Assembly (NCBI GenBank): GCA_977017575.1
Contig: CDRNVI010000006.1
Coordinates: forward strand, 186,001 to 250,000
Length of the DNA stretch: 64,000 bases
From: Paramoeba atlantica
Taxonomy: Eukaryota > Protista > Discosea
Reading direction: 5' to 3'
Part shown: positions 30,822-40,425 of the stretch, in pieces
Layout: every line of letters begins with the position of its first letter
How positions within the stretch are numbered: position 1 is the first letter of the stretch
Notes under the pieces: generated by a model
What the model saw: the letters and a program-made list of their open reading frames with translations, nothing else
Told to the model about the DNA's origin: nothing
Database searches by the model: none
Made by a program: the position numbers and the translations under genes

Positions 30822-30941
30822 AACCCCTCCGCATCAAAAAGGCACCCACCCTTATTTTTCGCACGAGGGGGGCTAGGGGGGTTATCGCACCACTTTATCG
30901 TGCAAAAATTTGAGATCTGTACGTTCCCGTTGTTTATTAAT
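30822..30941 (+). mobile_element. Orphan 5' end of a DD35E Tc1 family element
   Basis: Colinear with the reverse complement of 42030-42140 (CCCC..CTTATTTTT..GGGGGTTATC..GAGATCTGTACGTTCCCG); flanked by a 16-bp direct repeat. Confidence 0.75.
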
Positions 30942-31142
30942 AAAAATCAGGTATATATTAATAAAAAAAATCCGCACCGCTCCGCGGCGCCTTGGTTTAT
31001 TGCTTTTGCTAATGTTATTAAAACAGAAATCGGGGATTCATCACTGTAGACAAAGTTTAATAATAATCGTAACACTTCCAAAAAGTCAAGATTTACTTTT
31101 ACACTGATCTTACTAGCTTAGTCCTCGGGGAAATTAACAAAC

Positions 31143-31793
31143 TTAATCTTTCTGACTTTTGTCTTCCTGCACGATGCGTGGTGGTGCCCGAGGACCTATG
31201 GGTCGTCCCCTTTTCTTCGGGAACATTCCATTAATGACAATAGGGGGCTGTATCGGCACTTTTACATTGATGGGTGGAGGGGGACGGACAATTTGGAGAG
31301 GATCCTGGGTGTCATCTGCCAAGTTGGAAGAAGGGGATGGAACACTCACAGGAATAATCGACAATGTTTCGCTTTCTTGTGGCGTGTTCATCTGTGAACG
31401 GCGACTCACTCGGATGTTCTGGCCTGCGAGGTAGGCCCAAAAACGACCAGCGAATGCCTTGCATTCAGCTTCAGGATCAGACGAATTGAATTCGTCATGT
31501 GAGGCAACAACAGAACGAAGTTCCAGGCCGGCTTCGCAAATAAAGCCGTCTCGTACGTGCTCCGCACCCAGCCACCCACCACGATATGTGATGAGATTAA
31601 TGATCAATTGCACGACCCCTGTGGCAAGAAGCGGAACATCACATACCAACACATCGTCGTAGAACGCAACCGCGCTCAGACAACGATTTAAAACGCGATC
31701 AATTGCTTCCGGGTCACCTTGAAGAAGAGTGATATTTCCGCGAACAAAGCGATACTGTTTCAATGGCTTTTGTATCGCTGCCTTCCATTGCAT
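31143..31793 (-). CDS. Hypothetical protein with C-terminal AT-hook-like motif
   Basis: 216-aa ORF from ATG with globular-looking N-terminal half and KKRGRP; no homolog recognised. Confidence 0.5.
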   Translation of the reverse strand: MQWKAAIQKPLKQYRFVRGNITLLQGDPEAIDRVLNRCLSAVAFYDDVLVCDVPLLATGVVQLIINLITYRGGWLGAEHVRDGFICEAGLELRSVVASHDEFNSSDPEAECKAFAGRFWAYLAGQNIRVSRRSQMNTPQESETLSIIPVSVPSPSSNLADDTQDPLQIVRPPPPINVKVPIQPPIVINGMFPKKRGRPIGPRAPPRIVQEDKSQKD

Positions 31794-32274
31794 GATGTAC
31801 TTCTAAAAGACCAAGCTTGGTCTGAATTTCCTCTGATACGGTTTGTACAGAGACGTCAGACATATTCGTACGAAAGAAAGTGAAAAGAAGGAATGGATTC
31901 TTGGAAAATAGAGGAATAAGGCTCGTTGAAGAACAACTGGCTTTGGAAATAATATGGACTGGTCAATCTTTATTATTTAATCATAGGCTTACTATCGATC
32001 CCGTCCTGGCGACTTCGCTCGTTTTTTCGACTTTTTGGTTGAGGGGACAGGAAATTTCCTTAGCGCTTCCCGATACTGCGCTCTAATTAGCTCGCAATTT
32101 AATTATTATAAATTTATAATAATTTATAAATTTATAATTTATAAATAATTTATATTTACTTACTACATTTCGAATATTATATATTAAGGCTAAATTTAGC
32201 TATAATGCAATATCAAGAGAAATTGTTTTAAGTAGCGTAAAAAAGTTATTTTTTTAGGTTGCTTTTCGCGTGTT

Positions 32275-32778
32275 ATGCCCTCCGTTCCCCCATTGCGATA
32301 TCGGTATCGATGGCACACTCTTTGTAGAAGTGTGCAAGAACCCTTCGTACACCCCCACCGCCCCAAACCAGCCGAAGAAAAAACTCCCTATTCGTATCAG
32401 CCCTTCTTGCGTTCGCGTCATGTTGCAGACATAGAAACCATAGAGATTCGCGGTATGTATAAAGAGGAAATTCGCATCGAAAGAGGCAAATTCCCTACCT
32501 ATAATAAGGTGTGGTGGATTCATACAGATGGATCGTTAAGTCTGAGGGAAGTTGAATACAACGCTCCGTCTTTTATAACACTTTTTCGTGATGGAGCTTA
32601 CACACACCGAGAGCGTCGTGAAAACCTGGCGCGCAGAAAAGGGCGAAGCGCTTATAAAAGTTGGGAGCATAATTCTGCGAGTCGCCTCGAGACTTCTTCT
32701 ATACCAATGGTAGATATGAATGAGTTTCCTTACTGCGTTCCTAGCCACCACCTCAGAGAAGCGATAGAACAAGAATAA
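32275..32778 (+). CDS. Probable mitoribosomal protein bL31m (MRPL55-like)
   Basis: IRIERGKF..VWWIHTDGS..Y..P..D..ERRENLARRK parallels the MRPL55 pattern R..Y..VLLVKQDGST..Y..P..D..ERRARLRKR. Confidence 0.5.
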   Translation: MPSVPPLRYRYRWHTLCRSVQEPFVHPHRPKPAEEKTPYSYQPFLRSRHVADIETIEIRGMYKEEIRIERGKFPTYNKVWWIHTDGSLSLREVEYNAPSFITLFRDGAYTHRERRENLARRKGRSAYKSWEHNSASRLETSSIPMVDMNEFPYCVPSHHLREAIEQE

Positions 32779-33306
32779 TATCCCATAAAATTCGAAACAA
32801 TATTCGCTGAAAAAAGAATAAGGGAGCTACTTCTTGAGTTACAGGATCGTGCTGAGTAGCTTACATTCCTGCTAAAGAAATTGCGTATCCTCGTACATTT
32901 CGGGGGTATATTCGCATCACACACACAGACATGTAATTTCTTTGATTTATCAGTGTCGTTCGACCAAAACTCCAGGTGTTCGTCACTCCGACAAGACAGA
33001 AAATTGCGTCTGAATAAAAACGAACTTTCCTTGCGCAACCTGTTAGATTCTTTCGATTCGAATCGAAATTGTTTAACTTGATATACACTTGTATATTCCG
33101 GCCATATTTATTACAGGCCATATTAAGAATTAAGGATTTTTGTTTTTGAACATCGATTGGTTCTTGGAATTTCTGTGTTCATTGTAAAATTCATAGTAAG
33201 TTTCTTAATAATGTCGGTGGGTTACAACCCCGACATCGGATGCTAATAGCCTAATACCAAGTATTATAAAGAAGAAGACTGAATAACCAAGCATATCGAG
33301 TCATAA

Positions 33307-34521
33307 ATGAGGAATATGAACGAAGTTCAAGAAGAAAACCTACTGGCTTATGTGCGAAAAAATTTCCCGCAAAAAATATGGAGTTATTACGAAAAGGAGT
33401 TTGGAAAAGTTGAATGGCTAACTATCCTAAGGTCTTTTTGCTTTTCGTCTAGAAAGGTCGCAGTTTTCAACAAACATTGGCAGGCGTACACCGATGATCC
33501 TTTTCAAACGTTGTGTGATTCAATACAAGCAACTTTGCTACCCATTACAATATGTGACTCGTTTGATGCGGAACTACGCTTCAGCGTTACAGAAGGCACA
33601 GGGTTTCCAGCTCCTCATAGTTCCCTAATCACTATTCTTGCACGTGAAGGTGACTACATTGATACATTGGATTTTTTCGGGTTTTACGCACAACATAATT
33701 CGAAGTTTTTAAGGGAGTTGTCTTCCCCCGAAAAAGAACTTATTCCTTCTCCTTGCTGCGACAACTCTCAGACACCTGCATATTACCTTATGGACCCAAG
33801 TTCCCTTGCTCCTATTCTTGCTTTGGGGATAGAGCCGCATTATGATGTATTGGATATGTGCGCGGCACCTGGAGGAAAATCATTAGCAATATGTCAGAAG
33901 CTTGATTCACGTGGAAGCCTGACGGCAAACGAATATGATCCTATTAGGTGTCAACGACTTAAGAGGACGATTAATGCTCATATAAACCATCCTATGCGTG
34001 AAAAAGTTTTGATTACATGCCGAGATGCATCAAGATGGCAAGCTGCGAGTAAATACGACCGTATTCTTCTCGATGTGCCTTGTTCTTTCGAACGTCATCT
34101 TATTCGACAACTCTTAGGGGAGAAGAATACTTTAAATATTAAAAAATTGATTCAAAAATGGGCCATGAAGTGGGACATTCTTCCAAGAACACAATATAGC
34201 ATTCTCTTCCGAGCTTTACAGTGTCTTCGACCGGGTGGTAGACTAGTATACAGTACTTGTTCTGTTTCGACAAAGGAAAATGATGACGTTATAAAAAGGT
34301 TCTTAAGAGTCTCTTCTTCTTTTGACGTTCGAGTTCTCACTGGTAAAGAAGGAAAACTCGTGAAAAACGAAGATGAACACGAATCTTTTTGTTTTGCTGA
34401 GGCATTCAACACAAATACAACTGAGCTAACAGAATATGGAGTGGTCTTTTTCCCTCATCAGAATGCACTTAATTGTGGGCCAATGTATATTTCAGTAATC
34501 GAACTATTGCCGTGCCAGTAA
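33307..34521 (+). CDS. RsmB/NOP2 family m5C RNA methyltransferase (NSUN3/4-like)
   Basis: YYLMDPSS, VLDMCAAPGGKS, DRILLDVPCS, LVYSTCS. Confidence 0.92.
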   Translation: MRNMNEVQEENLLAYVRKNFPQKIWSYYEKEFGKVEWLTILRSFCFSSRKVAVFNKHWQAYTDDPFQTLCDSIQATLLPITICDSFDAELRFSVTEGTGFPAPHSSLITILAREGDYIDTLDFFGFYAQHNSKFLRELSSPEKELIPSPCCDNSQTPAYYLMDPSSLAPILALGIEPHYDVLDMCAAPGGKSLAICQKLDSRGSLTANEYDPIRCQRLKRTINAHINHPMREKVLITCRDASRWQAASKYDRILLDVPCSFERHLIRQLLGEKNTLNIKKLIQKWAMKWDILPRTQYSILFRALQCLRPGGRLVYSTCSVSTKENDDVIKRFLRVSSSFDVRVLTGKEGKLVKNEDEHESFCFAEAFNTNTTELTEYGVVFFPHQNALNCGPMYISVIELLPCQ

Positions 34522-34622
34522 TTTTTTTATAGCCACTCGCTGGACTTAATTTCGAGTAGTAACTTAGTTGCTACTAAGTAGTTACTAGCTTAACTCGTAA
34601 CTACTAGTTCGTAGTTAATATA

Positions 34623-35183
34623 CAGGGGGGATCGGTTAAATCTGGGGGGTCTAAAATTTGTAAATGTAAGTGGACAATTTTGGAAAATAATAGCGCATTT
34701 GAGAGCTCTCGAATAGCCCTACTGTGGAATCTATGTCGTTTCGCGCATAAATAACATTTTTGTAAAATGAAAGGTGGCTCAAAAACGTCAATTGCAATTT
34801 TTTTTAGAAAATTGCAAAAGGTGAAATGACAAATCTTGAACCAACAACATTCTCTGCGTTAGTTTTGTTTTATCTGAGGGTGAGAAAAGGCTTTCCGAGA
34901 ATTTCCTTCGAGAAGAATGTGAATGCACACGTCTTTGTGGCATGAATGCTCCAAAAAAGGGAGAAAAACAGGAAAAAGAGTAAGAAAATGAGAAAAAATA
35001 CAAATTTTGCGCCCCGAAAAAACGTAGTTTTCATCTAAAAGCCGATGTGCGTAAAAGCACGGGAAACGGCATAGATTCCATAAGAGGGCTATGCGAGAGC
35101 TCCCGAATGCGGTATTAATTTCCAAAATTGGCCACTTTTTACAATTTTAAGATCCCCCCAGATTTACTAGCTGATGCCCCCTG
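34623..35183. mobile_element. Non-autonomous Tc1-type MITE with ~120-bp imperfect TIRs and TA flanks
   Basis: TA|CAGGGGGGATCGG..TAAATCTGGGGGG at the left end, reverse complement ending CCCCCTG|TA at 35185; no ORF inside. Confidence 0.85.
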
Positions 35184-35593
35184 TAGTGTAGCTGATGCCC
35201 TCTGTATTAGCAGCTAATCGCGGTGGTTGTATAACTACCGCTCTTCCCTGGATTAGTGAAAAAAGTGAACAAAAAACAGTGAAAATATAAGAGGAACACA
35301 GTAATAAAATTTATAATATATAAGACGAAAAAATATATAAGGGGGCTCCGGTGGTCCAAAATTGAAAAAAAGAATTGAAAAAAATGGGGGGTCCATGGGG
35401 GGGGTTCAGGAGGGGGGGCATACGTCCAAAAATAGAACCTGACCTAACCGCGGGGTTAGGGGGTACACCTGTGTAGGTTATGGGGGGGGGGTAGACTTTC
35501 GGTGGGCCTAGGGCAAAAAAAAGGAAACTAAAATGGTTTGGGGTAAACCTTGTCCCCCCCAGCAGTAGAGAGGCTGCGGGTGCTGTGTCAGCA

Positions 35594-35664
35594 CGGTTTC
35601 GGTACGGTTTCGCACGGTTTCGACGCAGTTTCGTGCGGTTTCGCCGCGGTTTCGCGCGGTTTCG
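35594..35664. repeat. Seven C(G/A)GTTTCG boxes at alternating 11/10-bp spacing
   Basis: Starts at 35594, 35605, 35615, 35626, 35636, 35647, 35657. Confidence 0.9.
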
Positions 35665-35706
35665 GAGAGATCCGAACGCCTTCTCTACATAAAGGTGGGA
35701 TGTATC

Positions 35707-35760
35707 GGTGCGGCCTCAGTGCGGTCTCGTTTGGTGTGGTGCGGCCTCAGTGCGGTCTCG
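35707..35760. repeat. 23-bp direct repeat x2
   Basis: GGTGCGGCCTCAGTGCGGTCTCG at 35707 and 35738. Confidence 0.85.
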
Positions 35761-36036
35761 GCCAATCTTCCTTGCGTCATATTTCAACAATTGCGTAGAA
35801 AAAATCTGAGTTAAGATTGTATTGGATCAAAGGATAATCAAAAGCAAATATGTGTGCATTTTTTATGTTCTAACCAAGATTCATACTTTTTTTTATGAAA
35901 TATTGGTAGTGCGGTAATCTAGAAAACGTGAACATTATGACTTGGCGCACCTACCCGTTTTTTTAGGGTCGTACGCCACGTTATGGATATGCTCCTTAAG
36001 CCAGTCTCTGCGGGCTTTTGTACACTCAACCATACC

Positions 36037-36578
36037 TCACCCTTTACTACACAAACACTCATCCTCATCACTTTTGGGTTTTAAACTTGAATATATCATA
36101 GAATCAAAATCATACTGCGGCTTGTTAGCCAGCAGACCGTACGTTACTACAGATACAATTTGAAGGGCGTCTCGGACCCAAGGAATATCATGGTCAGTAC
36201 CATGAAAAAAACGAAACCTGTCAAAATGAGCAAAACATCGCTCAATTCGAGACCGAATCAATGAAATTCTTTGGTTAAGCTGCTTTTGCGATTTGGTCAG
36301 ACCACGGCCAATTTTTTTTATAGGGTACAAGGCAGTGTGCACAACCAATGTACCCTAAATCAGCCAAAAAAAGTTCATCCTTGTGGTGATCAAATACAGG
36401 AGTACGATGCACACTCGTACTTTGGTACCCACGTCGGAAGGACCGACGTAGTGGACACGTCCAAATCTTCGGTTTGTCCACCCGAAAAGACGCTTGAAGC
36501 GCTTGTATATGCGTTCCTTCGTCTCATCGTCAAAGCCTTGAAACTGTATTCAGTATGTTTCCATAACGGAAAAGACAA
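36037..36578 (-). pseudogene. PIF/Harbinger/ISL2EU-type (IS5-like DDE) transposase remnant
   Basis: Split across frames: LADLGYIG..LVPYKK, then LTKSQKQLNQRISLIRSRIERCFAH. Confidence 0.7.
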
Positions 36579-37192
36579 ATGCCTTCGTTACAGCATGTTT
36601 ACCATCGATTTCTTGGAGCAATTTAAAGTGCACTTTCCTTAAAATTGCCTTCCACTCTTTGTTAAAGCCTCTCTGGCGCTTTCTTCCCTTGAGACCACGA
36701 TTAATTCGTGATTGATAAAAAGAGGCACCGTTTCTTTTAATACTTCGGACAGTTCTTAAACTGATCCGATACTTTTCGCTCAGCTTTTTTGTGTCCAATT
36801 CGCTCAGACACATATTCAACTTCTCTTGCATAGTCAAGCACACTCTAGAGGTCCTAGGTGTGCTGATGGGAAGAGAGTCAAATGTGTTGGGGGGAGGACG
36901 GCTGGCCACCGGGGGACCAATTCTCGGCGCTGGCGGAATAACCGTAAACCAGCGTCCCAAAGGACCCGAAATCGCCGACCCACGAGTGTGCACTTTGTCT
37001 GGCGTCTCGCTCTCGGGAGAATCGACAGTCTTTGAAAGGACGAAGGGAACTAATAATAAAGTTTCAGTGATTTCCATAAATGAAAATATTAGAAATTTAC
37101 ACCATATTTACTCAACCTTTTCGGTCAAAAGAATATTGGTCATTTTTTTTTTTCGGACATTGTTTTTCAAAACGGCACTATAAGTGGGGGAG
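36550..37192 (-). mobile_element. pogo/Tc5-like 5' fragment: HTH-bearing ORF with TA-flanked terminal repeat
   Basis: LDTKKLSEKYRISLRTVRSIKRN resembles a psq/CENP-B HTH; end TA|CTCCCCCACTTATAGTGCCGTT on the minus strand at 37194-37171. Confidence 0.5.
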
Positions 37193-37266
37193 TACCCCGC
37201 GGCACTATACGTAAGTTACTATATGTAAGTGGGGGGCACAGTATTCCACTTTACACCACGTTTTGT

Positions 37267-37340
37267 ATGATGATACAGCAGTAGCACTGCTTTTATGGCG
37301 CCTCTTGTCCGAGACTATGCTCAATGAGACTTTAAACATT
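37267..37340 (+). ncRNA. Truncated box C/D snoRNA copy (no terminal D box)
   Basis: ATGATGA at 37267, guide GGCGCCTCTTGT followed by CCGA, C' ATGAGA; sequence diverges before the CTGA. Confidence 0.5.
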
Positions 37341-37851
37341 ATACTCCCCCTCTCATTAATTTTAATAAATGGATTCCGAGTTATAAAAATTCGTTTTATG
37401 CGCTCTCATTAATTTTTATAAATCAATAAACGAATTCAACTATACTTTTTAAATTATGTTTCGAAGCAAACAAAAATGACTCTTTTGTTCTACTGAAAAT
37501 GGATTACTTCATGGGCGTCCTTCACAGCAGTTTCTTTCAGAGAAGAGAAAGTGGTTGGTTTCTATGGTGGAGAATAATGGTAAGAAAATTACGATAAAGA
37601 TATCGCTTTTGTAAAAAGCAACTTTCTCTAAAGTTGGATGCAAACTCGATGTGGAGAAGTAAGGTCAGAACCTCCTCATTATCTTCCCTGGAATTGCCAT
37701 CTCACTGATGGTACTAACGCCGATCAACTACCATTTTCTGGGTAGGGGGGGCCTTAGATGAAAATTCATCGAAAGTTACATTGCACGGATGAGAAAAAGC
37801 TTGTCTGAGTTCTTAATTTTTTTAGTTAATTCGAGTTTCCACTCTAGTATA

Positions 37852-37945
37852 CAGGGGGGATCACCAATATCGGGACACCTCCCATTTTTGTGCCATGTGT
37901 CCGTTTCACCTGATTTTTGTTGCAAAAGAGAGATCTCGACGCGAA
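37852..37945 (+). mobile_element. Isolated Tc1-type end fragment
   Basis: TA|CAGGGGGGATC head like the MITE; GTGTCCGTTT..CTGATTTTTGTTGCA shared with 40844-40875. Confidence 0.55.
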
Positions 37946-38015
37946 TATGATCGGAACGACATTTTTTTTTTTTTGGGGGGGGGGGGGGGAATTTTCACCC
38001 TCGACCTGAAACATA

Positions 38016-38079
38016 CTACCCCCCCCACTTATAGTGCCGTTTGGTCGAAAACCGCGGCACTATAAGTGGTGAGACACAG
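38016..38079. mobile_element. 64-bp minimal hairpin element of the pogo-like end family
   Basis: ACTTATAGTGCCG (38027-38039) and CGGCACTATAAGT (38055-38067) are inverted; TA on both sides. Confidence 0.6.
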
Positions 38080-38112
38080 TAATAAAGTCATCCGATTTAC
38101 AACATGTTTTAC

Positions 38113-38195
38113 ATGATGATACAGCAGTAGCACTGCTCTTATGACACCTCTTGTCCGAGACTATGCTCAATGAGACTTTGAACAATATATTCTGA
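38113..38195 (+). ncRNA. Box C/D snoRNA, LSU rRNA 2'-O-methylation guide (copy 1)
   Basis: C box ATGATGA 38113; guide GACACCTCTTGT then D' CCGA 38155; C' ATGAGA 38170; D CTGA 38192. The guide is antisense to the conserved LSU segment CA(A/G)GAGGUGUC(AGAAAAG). Confidence 0.8.
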
Positions 38196-38240
38196 TTCTT
38201 ATAAAATTAATAAAGTTATCCGATTTGCAACATGTTTTAC

Positions 38241-38323
38241 ATGATGATACAGCAGTAGCACTGCTCTTATGACACCTCTTGTCCGAGACTATGCTCAATG
38301 AGACTTTGAACAATATATTCTGA
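38241..38323 (+). ncRNA. Box C/D snoRNA (copy 2)
   Basis: Boxes and guide identical to copy 1. Confidence 0.8.
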
Positions 38324-38368
38324 TTCTCATAAAATTAATAAAGTCATCCGATTTACAACATGTTTTAC

Positions 38369-38451
38369 AGTATGATACAGCAGTAGCACTGCTCTTATGA
38401 CACCTCTTGTCCGAGACTATGCTCAATGAGACTTTGAACAATATATTCTGA
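38369..38451 (+). ncRNA. Box C/D snoRNA (copy 3, damaged C box)
   Basis: C box reads AGTATGA instead of ATGATGA; guide, D', C' and D intact. Confidence 0.6.
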
Positions 38452-38739
38452 ATCCTATAAAATTAAACAATATGTTCTGAATCTTATAAAATTAAACAAG
38501 GAATGCTTCCTTTCTGTGCCGTGGGTCGTCTTTAACCCTGCAATTTCGGTCCAAACCCGGAGCCACATGCCTCCTTGGCAACGTGGAAAGGGGATGGAAG
38601 ACGCACGTCATAGGGCAATAATAAACAAGCAATCAAGGAGAGGGGGAAATGCATCCGACGTCGCCTGGCTTGGAGAAAATTTTGGGAGACTATACACCCC
38701 CCCTACATACTATACTCCCCTTCGTGATTGTCACCGTCC

Positions 38740-39035
38740 ACTCCTCCCTACTTATTTGTCAGTTCTGAGGAAAGCTAGTAAATTCACCACAAACAAGCAT
38801 TTCGAAGCGACGCCGATTCTTTTTTTGCGATTTCGTTCAAAAAAAAATTACTTTATTGTCCCATTACACAACTGGTAAAGAGATAAAAATATCGTCTCTG
38901 TACTGATTTTCAGATCAAAAAATGTTTCCATTTTGATCGCGCCCAACGACACTAACCTCCCGAGTTGTTTGTCATCCACCGAACCCCCCCTTAGTTATTT
39001 GTCACACACCCGACCCCCCTAGTTATTTGTCACTT
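38740..39035. repeat. Dispersed CCCCCTAGTTAT(T/C)TGTCAC subterminal-type repeats
   Basis: Two near-exact and two degenerate copies here; three copies at 63830-63935. Confidence 0.65.
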
Positions 39036-39297
39036 TTCTCCAAAAAGGGGTAACATTTAAGTAGGGGGTGTATAGCACATACAGTACATACACCCCCGTA
39101 TGTATACATATGTAGGTGTGTATACATATGTAGGTCATTACATGTACAAAATGTTACAGCGTAAAAAAGCATTTCTAAAAACTTCGTTTACAGTCCGTTT
39201 GCCGTCAACGAGGTGGCTGTCATTTAGTTGACCCGTCACACAAGTAGAGATATAGCCGACAATTATGAGAGTTAATGAAAGGGGTACTACATCTTCC

Positions 39298-39380
39298 ATG
39301 ATGATTCTGCAGCACAACTGCTTTTATGACACCTCTTGTCCGAGGGTTTACCCAATGAGACATGAAATGTAGTATTCTGA
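39298..39380 (+). ncRNA. Box C/D snoRNA, diverged paralogue
   Basis: ATGATGA 39298, the same guide ATGACACCTCTTGT-CCGA, CAATGAGA, TTCTGA 39375-39380; the sequence between the boxes has diverged. Confidence 0.8.
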
Positions 39381-39495
39381 GGTAAAGCTATTTTAAATTT
39401 CGAGTCAATTGAAGCTTTGAAACATAACGCAATTTGGGGAGAAATTGTTACAAAGTAATCGATATTACACAGTCCGACACAGTCGAATTATTATA

Positions 39496-40425
39496 AGCCC
39501 CGGTACACGAATAAGTCACCCCCCCCCTATTTTTTTGCATGAAGGAGCCTAGGGAAGTTATGATGCCACTTTTTCGTTCAGAATTTCGAGATCTACATGT
39601 TCCCGCTATTTTTAGCTGCTTTTAAAAAAATGAAAAAAAGCTACTTTTCTTGGTCTGACAAGATTTTTTTCTGACAAGAATTTTTTTTCATGGTGAAATC
39701 CAGGTACCGTCTTACAAAAGGGGGATAATAATGTTTATCTGATGAGAAGATATTTAGTACGAATTATACACATCAAAAGAAGTGAGTTGCCCGAGGAGAA
39801 AAGGCCGTCCCCACGCAGAAAAAGCGTTGGGCGCCCAAATGTCACGTGTGAGGTGCCATTGGAGTTGGATGGTGTTACCTTGTGGTGCTACTATCCAACA
39901 TTTCAATCCCAAGTGAAGCTTGTGTAGAAATGTTAAGTAATGCTCCCTTTCCCCGCAAATTTATTTTTCAGCAAGATGGGGCGGGTGCACACACGACGAA
40001 AAGTACGAAAACCTCTTTCTTTACTTCAAAAATTAAATACATACCAAATTGGCCGGCAGGTTCTCCTGATCTTAATCCTATTGAGAACGTGTGGGAAATG
40101 ATTCAGCAACGCGTAAATGAAATGAATCCGTCTTGTACTACCTCTCTAATTAAGTGCGTAAAGAAGCTTTTAATAATATTCTTGAATCTGAGCTTGACCG
40201 TACTGTTTTAAGTTTCGACAGATGCCTGAAATTTTGCAAAAAAAAATGGTGGCTAAAAAGTAAAAAAGTAGTAATACTAAATTCATATTTTATTGGTTCC
40301 CAGATTTATTCTCTATATGATATGCGCAAACAAGCGTCATCGAGATCTGAAAAATGCAACAAATTAGCCCAAACGGATAAAGTAACCAAATTTTAGAGGG
40401 GGGTGACTTATCTTGTCCCGGGGTT
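39496..40425 (+). mobile_element. Degenerate DD35E Tc1 element (N-terminal deletion, nonsense codons)
   Basis: Imperfect TIRs TA|A(G/A)CCCCGG..ATAAGTCACCCCC at both ends; LSDEKIF, WAPKCHV*GAIGVGW, FQQDGAGAH..SPDLNPIE with 35-residue spacing. Confidence 0.85.

Larger units (their letters stand above)
38081..38464 (+). repeat. 128-bp tandem repeat x3 (snoRNA array)
   Basis: Units start at 38081, 38209 and 38337 and are nearly identical. Confidence 0.95.

Noticed and set aside
32030-32200. Extremely AT-rich TTTATAAAT-type stretch
   Set aside because: Simple low-complexity intergenic sequence with no ordered structure.
38081-38464. CRISPR array or spliced-leader RNA repeat
   Set aside because: There are no unique spacers and no SL exon-like sequence; the units are explained by C/D boxes plus an rRNA guide.
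39180-39250. GTCAAC/GTTGAC hairpin ending near AGA (H/ACA-like RNA?)
   Set aside because: The lower stem is weak and no rRNA/snRNA target could be matched to the pocket; it needs a dedicated search.
39760-39870. Two TGA codons at conserved Trp positions in the degenerate Tc1 (UGA=Trp donor?)
   Set aside because: The same fragment also uses TGG for Trp and is otherwise decayed; single G-to-A nonsense changes suffice.
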